64,000 bases of DNA from an uncultured Bacteroidia bacterium (GTDB lineage Bacteria > Bacteroidota > Bacteroidia > J057 > CALAJH01), in contig CALAJH010000024.1 of the NCBI GenBank assembly GCA_937922655.1, forward strand, positions 60,151 through 124,150, written 5' to 3'. This document shows positions 18,175 to 25,538 of this stretch, in pieces. The position numbers and the translations under genes were made by a program. Under the pieces are notes generated by a model that saw nothing but the letters and a program-made list of their open reading frames with translations, did not search any database and was not told where the DNA came from. Each line of letters begins with the position of its first letter. The stretch's first letter is position 1.

Positions 18175-18193
18175 CAAGCTTGTTTTAAGCTTG
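18175..18193 (-). terminator. weak hairpin downstream of nuoJ
   Basis: caagctt-N5-aagcttg (7-bp stem) followed by only a T-rich tail (tctttgcgtt). Confidence 0.3.
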
Positions 18194-18244
18194 CATGTTT
18201 CTCAAGCCCGAAGTTGATTGACAAAACTTTTGAAGACAACGACG

Positions 18245-18772
18245 TTACTCTTCGGCGGGAAGCAGGCGTTTTTTGTACTTTTTGGCGATGGCGACGGCGC
18301 CGATAACCGCGGCCAAAAGCACGACCGATATCATTTCAAAGGGGAAAACGTAACCCGTCATCATGAGCTTGCCGATGGACTCGACCTTTCCGTAGGCGAA
18401 GGTTTCGGAGGCGGGCTTGAAATCGCGCACGCCCGAAAAAACGTAGAGCATTTCGCCCAAAAAACCGACGCCCAACGCGTAGGCCGACAGCCGCCGCCAA
18501 TCCCATTCTATGGTTTCGGCTTCCTTGTCGGTGAGGTTGAGGAGCATGACCACGAAAAGAAACAGCACCATAATGGCGCCCGCGTACACGATGATTTGAA
18601 TCACGGCCAAAAACTCGGCCATAAGCGTCAAATAAAGACCGCCGATGCAAAAAAAGTTAAGGATGACGTACAAAACGCAGTACAACGGATTACGATTGGT
18701 TATCAAGCCGATTCCGCCAACCAACGCGCCGACCGCCAGCACGCCAAACAATATCGTTTCCCCTATGCCCAT
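18245..18772 (-). CDS. nuoJ: NADH-quinone oxidoreductase subunit J
   Basis: From the internal Met: MGIGETILFGVLAVGALVGGIGLITNRNPLYCVLYVILNFF...IQIIVYAGAIMVLFLFVVMLLN. No other nuo gene is adjacent. Confidence 0.85.
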   Translation of the reverse strand: MGIGETILFGVLAVGALVGGIGLITNRNPLYCVLYVILNFFCIGGLYLTLMAEFLAVIQIIVYAGAIMVLFLFVVMLLNLTDKEAETIEWDWRRLSAYALGVGFLGEMLYVFSGVRDFKPASETFAYGKVESIGKLMMTGYVFPFEMISVVLLAAVIGAVAIAKKYKKRLLPAEE

Positions 18773-18821
18773 ATTTATTTGGTTTGGAACGCAAATTTGG
18801 CAAGGGAAAACGAAAAACACA

Positions 18822-18860
18822 AACAAAAAAATCGGCGGACCGGATACTCCGGCCCACCGC
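18822..18860 (-). terminator. rho-independent terminator after the HMA-like gene
   Basis: On the minus strand, a GC-rich stem cggtgggccgg/ccggtccgccg (2 mismatches) is followed by ATTTTTTT. Confidence 0.55.
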
Positions 18861-18886
18861 AAACATTTGTCGGTTTGAAAAGAGAG

Positions 18887-19366
18887 TTAGGCGCCTTTGG
18901 CGGCACAGCAAGCCTTGGCTTGCGACCCCGAACAGGATTTGGACTGTTCCTTCGAGCTCGTGGGTTTGTTTTGGGCGCCGGGGCAGGTTTTGGATTGTTC
19001 TTTGTTACAGGCCGGTTTTTCCTCGTTGGAAACCATCGTATATTTCCAACCTTGGTCTTTAAGGGCCGAATGGATGGCCGAACAACAGCCAAGTTCGGCT
19101 TTGACGTAAGAAATTTTAACGGTACCGCTGGTCGTGCAAACCGATACGTCTTTTACTCCCTTCAAGCCCGAAAGGTCTTTTTTCAGCTCTTCGGCTTTTT
19201 TGGGCGATTTGACCACGCTTTTGACCGTCAGCGTCATCACGGACGTTTCGGGGTGTTCGTTGACGAACCCGGCGTAATCGACAAAATTATAGAGGCGAGT
19301 CGACAACGTCGTTACCCACAATCCGAAAAACGTCGCAAGAACGACGTTAATTACGCTTTTTTTCAT
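18887..19366 (-). CDS. membrane-anchored HMA-like (ferredoxin-fold) protein with Cys-rich tail
   Basis: N-terminal TM helix. TLTVKS...LKGVKDVSV...GTVKISY...AIHSALKDQGWKY follows the HMA beta-alpha-beta-beta-alpha-beta text but lacks the loop CxxC. Tail: CNKEQSKTCPGAQNKPTSSKEQSKSCSGSQAKACCAAKGA. Confidence 0.5.
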   Translation of the reverse strand: MKKSVINVVLATFFGLWVTTLSTRLYNFVDYAGFVNEHPETSVMTLTVKSVVKSPKKAEELKKDLSGLKGVKDVSVCTTSGTVKISYVKAELGCCSAIHSALKDQGWKYTMVSNEEKPACNKEQSKTCPGAQNKPTSSKEQSKSCSGSQAKACCAAKGA

Positions 19367-19413
19367 ATGTTTTAAGATTTAATTTTTTTATTCAAGGCTA
19401 CGCTTTGTAAACG

Positions 19414-19446
19414 CAAAGTTACGAATGCGCGTTCAAATTGCCAAAA
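19414..19446 (-). promoter_or_regulatory. promoter TTTG-N20-TAACTTTG for the HMA-like gene
   Basis: Minus strand reads tTTTGg-caatttgaacgcgcattcg-TAACTTTG. Both consensus elements are present at consensus spacing, 47 nt upstream of the ATG. Confidence 0.5.
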
Positions 19447-19460
19447 TATTTTTAACTCCT

Positions 19461-20285
19461 CTAAAACACCACCCCGAAAATCGTGTAAAACGCCCCCGTT
19501 CTCAGTATTTCCGGTCCTTCGTCGATATCGAGGAAACCGACGTTGTAGCGCAGATCGAAGGTGAATTTCACCTTTCCGATATTGTACACGCTTCCGCCGC
19601 CGACGGTCAGTCCGAAATCCATACCTTTATATTTCAGCCGTCCGGGTTCGATGGGCGCATCCTGAATTTGAATTTTGGTGCCGGGGCCGATGAGCAGGTC
19701 GAAAATGTCGAAATCGCTGATGTACACCTCGGTGTTGCCCGTAACCTCCGAATGCAAATTGACCATCACCGACGGCCCCCCCGCCACGAACGCCGTAAAC
19801 TCCTTGCCCGTAATCACGTTGCATTTGGCCAAAAGCGGAAACTCCAAATTGTGAAAACGCAGTTTGGCGTTGTTCACGACCGTCGTCGTGTAACGTTCGT
19901 TGTTCACCAAACCCGGAATCGTGGTGTCCGATTCGTATTGGACGACGTACCTGGCGCTTGCGCCTTTTTCCGTATAGAACACGTCGAACTCGGTCTCAAA
20001 GCGATTGGAAATTTTGTAGTTGAACGCCAAACCTCCCGTAAATCCGATTTGGACGTTTTTGTTGCCCACCTCGGCGCCACGAAACGTCGCCATGTTGAAG
20101 CCCGTTTTTACGCCAAAGTCGAAATCCTTGTCGAGTTTTTGGATTACGGATTTTTGGGTTTTTATTGTCGCGTTTCCGACGTTTTCCACCGCCGTCTCGC
20201 CTGCCGAGCTTAGTTTTTTCGACTTGACGGACGGAATTTGCGACCATAACGGAGTGGCCAATACAACCAATAAAATTATATTCAT
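19461..20285 (-). CDS. outer-membrane beta-barrel (porin-family) protein
   Basis: Signal MNIILLVVLATPLWSQ. Alternating-hydrophobic strands, C-terminal ...GAFYTIFGVVF ending in Phe. Confidence 0.65.
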   Translation of the reverse strand: MNIILLVVLATPLWSQIPSVKSKKLSSAGETAVENVGNATIKTQKSVIQKLDKDFDFGVKTGFNMATFRGAEVGNKNVQIGFTGGLAFNYKISNRFETEFDVFYTEKGASARYVVQYESDTTIPGLVNNERYTTTVVNNAKLRFHNLEFPLLAKCNVITGKEFTAFVAGGPSVMVNLHSEVTGNTEVYISDFDIFDLLIGPGTKIQIQDAPIEPGRLKYKGMDFGLTVGGGSVYNIGKVKFTFDLRYNVGFLDIDEGPEILRTGAFYTIFGVVF

Positions 20286-20311
20286 TTTGAGATTAAAACA
20301 AAAAAACTCAT

Positions 20312-20470
20312 TTGTAGACACAAACGTTCATTATCTTTTACTTAAAACATTTTTTTTATTTTTTAGACATTTTTGAAGGAATCAATGCAAAAAAGTTCCT
20401 TTATCGCTATCAACGCCCATAGAAATTTAGACACCGGTGAAAATTAAACACGGCAACCCGTTTTTAGACA
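20312..20470. promoter_or_regulatory. cluster of TTTAGACA repeats upstream of the beta-barrel gene
   Basis: Exact TTTAGACA at 20362-20369, 20426-20433 and 20463-20470. Variant TTGTAGACA at 20312-20320. Confidence 0.4.
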
Positions 20471-20664
20471 TTGGCAAAAGGCATAAAAACCCATTTCCAT
20501 CCTCCAAGACCGTTCAACGCTTCCGTCGCCGCCGACTATTCAAGTCGTAAGAGGCGGCAATTTTACGACGCGACGAAAACGTACGTTTTTTTCAAAAAGA
20601 CCAACCCCGCCAAAGGCGTCAAAACACGCTTCGGGCACAAGCTTCACGCCTCCAAAACACGCGG

Positions 20665-20916
20665 CTATTCGGCGATTTTGGGGGCAATGAGTTTTCCAAC
20701 GACGGGAAAACGCTCGAAAACCCGTTCCGAATGGGGGGCGAGACGCAGTTCTTCGGTCAGGTCCTGACCCGCCCAATGCTCGTAGTGTTTGCCTTGCCGC
20801 CAAAGCCGACTTTCGGAAACGTCGAAAATCGTGCCGCGGTAGGCCACCCAAATTTCGGGTTTGTCCGTACCGTTGCGAAGCGCCAACTGAAAAACGGTGT
20901 ATTCGGCTATTTCCAT
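20665..20916 (-). CDS. cytochrome b5-like heme/steroid-binding domain protein
   Basis: 83 aa; ...LALRNGTDKPEIWVAYRGTIFDVSESRLWRQGKHYEHWAGQDLTEEL fits the small Cyt-b5-like family pattern. Confidence 0.65.
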   Translation of the reverse strand: MEIAEYTVFQLALRNGTDKPEIWVAYRGTIFDVSESRLWRQGKHYEHWAGQDLTEELRLAPHSERVFERFPVVGKLIAPKIAE

Positions 20917-21467
20917 CGCAGGGATTCAACCATGTGGACGAGGTCGCTTTTCATTTGGGCGATGACGGGCGCGAGCGAGTCGTTTTTCAGGGCGGTGTTG
21001 AAATAAAACGAAAGTTCGACGGCATGGGTCGTCGAATCGGAAAAATAAAGTTGGGCGGCGGTGGGAACCTCGCCGTAAAGTTCGTAGAGCGTTCCTTTTC
21101 CGTAGGCGGTACGCAACGGACGGTCGAATATCGTACCTTTTTGCGTGTGTTTGTAGACGAGTTCGCGATGGTCTTCGAAAGCGAAGGAATGGGTAACCTT
21201 CCCGCCCAACGGACGGGTGGTTACGTGCCAACGGCAATCAAAGGCCGGAAAGTAAATGTTGAAAAAACACGAGTCCACCCTTGCCAACTCCAACCTTCCG
21301 TGGGCGGGATAGTCGAACTCAAACGGACAGTTGGGGTGGGTAAAACGGACGTATTCGGACTTGGGCAGTTCGAGGCGATGAAAACCCCACGGACGGGGGT
21401 AGGTTTCGGGTTGCGAACAGCCCGCCGACATCAGCGACAAAAGCGCGAAAATCGCCGATTTGCGCAT
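20907..21467 (-). CDS. gldD: gliding motility lipoprotein GldD
   Basis: Lipobox LSLMSAGC. Length ~186 aa. The ...QLYFSDSTTHAVELSFYFN... and C-terminal ...MKSDLVHMVESLRWK closely resemble Flavobacterium GldD as I remember it. Confidence 0.8.
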   Translation of the reverse strand: MRKSAIFALLSLMSAGCSQPETYPRPWGFHRLELPKSEYVRFTHPNCPFEFDYPAHGRLELARVDSCFFNIYFPAFDCRWHVTTRPLGGKVTHSFAFEDHRELVYKHTQKGTIFDRPLRTAYGKGTLYELYGEVPTAAQLYFSDSTTHAVELSFYFNTALKNDSLAPVIAQMKSDLVHMVESLRWK

Positions 21468-21911
21468 TTATTTAACCCTTTCCCAAACCTCGGTGCGCCC
21501 CAACAACGAAATACCCACGTATCCCCGGACGTTGAGGGTGTTGGCGTCTTTGAGTTTCATGGTACAGCTGTAATCGTTGCCGTTTTTGGGGTCGTAAATC
21601 TTGCCGTCGGTCCATTCTTGGTCGTCGGCGTCGAAGCTGAAGCCCCTTAACACCAAAGAACCCATGATGGGCTTTTTTTTGGCCTCGTCGTCGGGATTTT
21701 TGGTATCGAGCTTGGGGGTGCCGTCGGGATTGTTGGGTTCCTTCATCCAAACGATTTTACCGTAGTACTTTCCGTTTTTGGCCTTGTAAATTTCGACGTG
21801 GCCCTCCTTGGAACCCGTCAGCCATTTTCCACAAACGGCGTCGGCGTTGTTTTGCGCCAAAAGGCTTGCGGCCCACAACATCGTTGCCCCCAAAAATCCT
21901 ATTTTTTTCAT
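21468..21911 (-). CDS. DUF2147 domain protein
   Basis: Signal peptide. GKWLTGSKEGHVEIYKAKNGKYYGKIVWMKEP...DTKNPD...GKIYDPKNGNDYSCTMKL...LNVRGYVGISLLGRTEVWERV matches the DUF2147 pattern. Confidence 0.75.
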   Translation of the reverse strand: MKKIGFLGATMLWAASLLAQNNADAVCGKWLTGSKEGHVEIYKAKNGKYYGKIVWMKEPNNPDGTPKLDTKNPDDEAKKKPIMGSLVLRGFSFDADDQEWTDGKIYDPKNGNDYSCTMKLKDANTLNVRGYVGISLLGRTEVWERVK

Positions 21912-21955
21912 TGGGTATCAAAAATTTTATGGTGAAAATTTGCAAAAATCGTGCC

Positions 21956-23305
21956 TTATTCGGCTTTGATAGCCACGGCGGCCACGCCTTCGGAAAAATC
22001 TTCGGCTTTGAGATAACGCGGCGGGGTCAGTTCGCGGCCCGTTTTGTCGATGAAGGTAAAGCCGCCTTCGAGTTCGACGCGGGCAAAACCGCGCTTGAAG
22101 TCGTATGCCTCGTCGTATTTAAAAGCGACAACCTCTTTTGCCGACTTGTCCACGTAACCCCATTTGTCCAAGAACTTCACGGCGGCATAACCGCCCGAAA
22201 AATGCTTGGCCTCCTCGTACTTTAAAGGTACGACCTCGTTGCCCTGCGTGTCGATGAAACCCCATTGTTGTCCGTTGAACGCCCGTATCAACCCCTCTTG
22301 CACAAGAGGGTCGTTTTTTCCGTCGGGATAACGATATTTGAACTTGAAGGTCGTTATGGCCCGGCCGGCGGTGTCGATATAAGCGCAACCCTTATCCTTG
22401 CAAACCAAGGCAACGCCGCCGTCGAAGTCGCTGGTTTCGTCGTATTGGGGGGGAATGACCTCTTTGCCCGTTTTGTCCACAAAACCCCACTTGTCGATTT
22501 TTCTTACGGCGACAAGTCCATTTTTGCACGAGCGCACGTCGTCGAATACAAAACCCGTAAAGCATTCGCCGTCCGGGGTAATCAGTCCCCACTTGCCCAA
22601 ATCCATGACGGCGGCGACGTTTTCGGAAAAATCTTTGGCGGCCTGATATTTGAGTTCGACGACGGTTTTTCCTTCTAGGTCGAGAAATCCCCATTGGAGG
22701 TTGGTCTGTACCCTGACGCGCCCGTTTTTCGCGACGACGACAGGGTTTTCGCGTCCGACGTCGAAGACAAAGTCCGTCAGTTCTTTTCCCGTACGGTCGA
22801 TGAGCGCGGCTTTTTTTCCCATCATGACGCCGGCCACGCCTTCGGAAAACGCAAAGACGCGCGTGTATTTGGTGGGCGTAACCTCGTAACCCAAACGATT
22901 GACGAAACCGTAACTTTCGCCGTTGCGCACGGGGCAAAAACCCTCGGAAAACGAAAGGACTTCGTCGTAGCGCGGACCGAAAATTTCGTCGCCGTTGTTG
23001 TCTATGACCCCCCATTTTCCGGCGGTTTGCACGGCGTAAAGGCCTTCTCCCGCATCGTTGACGTCGGAGAATTTCCACGTTCCACGCCTTGCACCTTTTT
23101 TGTCGACCAAACCGGCCTCTTTTCCATGGACAACGGGCGCCACGCCGTTGCGAAACGATTCGGCCTTTGAATATTGAATGGGCAAGGCGGGCCGTCCGTC
23201 CCTGTCGATAAACCCCCATTTGTACTTTTGCGGCTGGGCCGACGCAAAAGCACATGCCGCCGTCAGCGTCGCCCACGCCCATGTCATGGCCCTTAACGTG
23301 TCCAT
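21956..23305 (-). CDS. WG-repeat (KWG-type) secreted protein
   Basis: More than 10 repeats of the ...(K)WG(F/V/L)ID..G..(V/I)P..Y... type. The start is ambiguous (23323, 23305 or 23287). 23305 is chosen because a -7 box lies just upstream. Confidence 0.75.
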   Translation of the reverse strand: MDTLRAMTWAWATLTAACAFASAQPQKYKWGFIDRDGRPALPIQYSKAESFRNGVAPVVHGKEAGLVDKKGARRGTWKFSDVNDAGEGLYAVQTAGKWGVIDNNGDEIFGPRYDEVLSFSEGFCPVRNGESYGFVNRLGYEVTPTKYTRVFAFSEGVAGVMMGKKAALIDRTGKELTDFVFDVGRENPVVVAKNGRVRVQTNLQWGFLDLEGKTVVELKYQAAKDFSENVAAVMDLGKWGLITPDGECFTGFVFDDVRSCKNGLVAVRKIDKWGFVDKTGKEVIPPQYDETSDFDGGVALVCKDKGCAYIDTAGRAITTFKFKYRYPDGKNDPLVQEGLIRAFNGQQWGFIDTQGNEVVPLKYEEAKHFSGGYAAVKFLDKWGYVDKSAKEVVAFKYDEAYDFKRGFARVELEGGFTFIDKTGRELTPPRYLKAEDFSEGVAAVAIKAE

Positions 23306-23310
23306 TGTCG

Positions 23311-23318
23311 CAAAATTA
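23311..23318 (-). promoter_or_regulatory. -7 promoter box TAATTTTG, 5 nt before ATG 23305
   Basis: Reverse complement of caaaatta. Perfect TAnnTTTG. Confidence 0.35.
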
Positions 23319-23439
23319 AGCATAACCCCGGCATTGACAAAACCCGTGCCGACCCTTTTTCACAACCGCCGCCATTTGCGGCGCCGATTTTGCATTCGTT
23401 GTTTTCGCCGTTTTTTCGTAACTTTACGCAAATTTCCCA

Positions 23440-24429
23440 ATGAAAACGATAATCCTAGCGGTGACGGCGTGCATATGCGCCTTGACCTCGAACGCCACGG
23501 CCCAAGACGGCGTCAAATTTTTCGACGGCGACTGGAACGCCATGCTCAGTCAGGCCAAAAAAACCGGAAAACCTTTTTTCGTGGACTTTTACGCCACATG
23601 GTGCGGCCCCTGCAAAATGATGAAAAACACCACCTTCAAGGACGCCGACGTTGCCAAACTCGCCAATCAATCCTTTTTGGCCTACATGGTGGACGTGGAC
23701 AAAAACCGCGAGCTGAGCGGACAATACAAAATTCGCGTACTGCCGACCGTCGTCTTTTTCGACGCCGCGGGAAAAGAAATCGGACGTTTCGAGGGCTACA
23801 AAGGAAGCGCCGACTTTTTGGCCGAACTCCAAAAATACGCCGCCAAAACCAAACCCACCGGCTCAAAATCCAAATCCGACGACGGCGCCTCCTTCGAAGA
23901 CTACCTGCGCTTAAAGGCCGCCATCGTCGAAACCCTCGACGAACTCGCCTTCGCGGGCATGCGCAAGGAAATTACCCAAGCCTACGACTATGGACGCAAA
24001 AAAAGCGACTTCGAATACGAAGAGTACCGAAAAGACGCGCTCAAAACCCTCGGCGACGACAAACGCCCGCTCATGGACGCTTTTTACGCGTTAGGCGCCA
24101 AAAACTACGACGAATTCGTACGTCTGGTCGACGAACAATTTCAGGCGGGCAAACTCAACAACGCCCAACTGCATCGCTTGGCATGGTACGCCATGGAAAT
24201 GAAAACCGTGCCGTCGCAGGCGCTGCGCTGGATTAACCACGCCATCCGCACCGCCCCCTCCTACGAACTTTACGACTCAAAAGCCGCCTTGCAGCTTAAA
24301 GCCGACAAGGATGCAACTGAAACCCTCGAAACCGCCCTCAAAACCGCCAAAGCCCAAAGCGCCGACCCCGAAAAAACCCTCATCCTTAAAAATTTGGCCA
24401 AACAAAAGGCCGAAGCCAAAGCCGGTTGA
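23440..24429 (+). CDS. thioredoxin-fold protein with helical C-terminal domain
   Basis: Signal peptide. FVDFYATWCGPCKMM active site. C-terminal ~180 aa are helical, TPR-like. Confidence 0.75.
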   Translation: MKTIILAVTACICALTSNATAQDGVKFFDGDWNAMLSQAKKTGKPFFVDFYATWCGPCKMMKNTTFKDADVAKLANQSFLAYMVDVDKNRELSGQYKIRVLPTVVFFDAAGKEIGRFEGYKGSADFLAELQKYAAKTKPTGSKSKSDDGASFEDYLRLKAAIVETLDELAFAGMRKEITQAYDYGRKKSDFEYEEYRKDALKTLGDDKRPLMDAFYALGAKNYDEFVRLVDEQFQAGKLNNAQLHRLAWYAMEMKTVPSQALRWINHAIRTAPSYELYDSKAALQLKADKDATETLETALKTAKAQSADPEKTLILKNLAKQKAEAKAG

Positions 24430-25305
24430 TTATTGCCACGGCAATTTCAAACCGATTTGGGCGGCCTTGGCCTCGAATTCGGCGCGTTCCCGGCTTTTGG
24501 GGGCGTCCCAGCCCGCATGGAAATAAATTTCCATCGCTTTCTCGGGATTGCCCCCGTTCAACGCCGCCATCACGCTCAATTCAATCGACGAAAAACTTAC
24601 GCCGTTGAGAATGTAGTCGTTGAAGGCCTCGAAGGTCAGCGGTACCCACACCGACAAAACGTTGCGATAAATACACTCGGCATAGGTGCGTATTTCAAAT
24701 TGTGCGTGGGGGTGAAGACGCAACTCAAGAAAACGAAGCAAATTGTGCAAATCTATTTTCCAGTACGCTTCGGTGTACGTTGAAAGCGGCAGGTCTTTGC
24801 GGGCCTGTTCGCGGGCCACGCCCATGCGCAAACGTTCTTCGTAAACTTTTCTTGCCAACGCTTGCAGTTCCGCCTCCGAGGCCGAAAGCCGTTCGCCCGT
24901 TTCGACGGCAAAATACCCCCCGCTGCCTTGTTTGTTGTCCGCCGACTGTTCGCGCCAAGCGTCCGGAGGCGTGGTTTGCGCCGCATCGATGGCTATCGAA
25001 TAACGGGTCGAATATTCGTTGATGGAGGCCGTGCGGTGCCGTACCCATTGGCGCCAACAATCCATTGGAACCCGCAAATGAAACTTAATCTCGCACATTT
25101 CGAAGGGAGAGGTGTGCCGATGGCGCATGAGATATCGAATCAAGGCCCTGTCCTCGGACACCTTTTTGGTGCCGGCGCCGTACGACACCCGCGCCGCCTG
25201 TACCACCGCCTCGTCCCCGCCCATAACGTCCACCACCCGAACGAATCCCGCGTCCAAGACGGGATATTCCACCCCCACGAAACCGTATTCTTTCGTCGCC
25301 ACCAT
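24430..25305 (-). CDS. thyX: FAD-dependent thymidylate synthase
   Basis: ThyX motif RHRTASINEYSTRY plus the upstream ...YLMRHRHTSPFEM. Confidence 0.9.
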   Translation of the reverse strand: MVATKEYGFVGVEYPVLDAGFVRVVDVMGGDEAVVQAARVSYGAGTKKVSEDRALIRYLMRHRHTSPFEMCEIKFHLRVPMDCWRQWVRHRTASINEYSTRYSIAIDAAQTTPPDAWREQSADNKQGSGGYFAVETGERLSASEAELQALARKVYEERLRMGVAREQARKDLPLSTYTEAYWKIDLHNLLRFLELRLHPHAQFEIRTYAECIYRNVLSVWVPLTFEAFNDYILNGVSFSSIELSVMAALNGGNPEKAMEIYFHAGWDAPKSRERAEFEAKAAQIGLKLPWQ

Positions 25306-25512
25306 AAACGGCCTTTGCGTTAAAACTTTTGCAAATCACATCATTTCAAGCTTTAAGAGCGTCGATTATTTATGCGCCGCCCCGGCCTACAACAGATTGT
25401 TAAGTATTGAAAAGTGGAAAGTTTTGCATTGTTTCAAAAGTATGACAAAAAAGCTGATTTAAATCATTTTTTTTCATGACCCTCGTTCCGGCGCCAATCC
25501 TCGGCGCCAACG

Positions 25513-25520
25513 TAATTTTG
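25513..25520 (+). promoter_or_regulatory. -7 promoter box TAATTTTG upstream of the P-type ATPase
   Basis: Perfect TAnnTTTG, 9 nt before GTG 25530 and 18 nt before ATG 25539. Confidence 0.35.
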
Positions 25521-25538
25521 TGTTTTTAAGTGAGCGGT

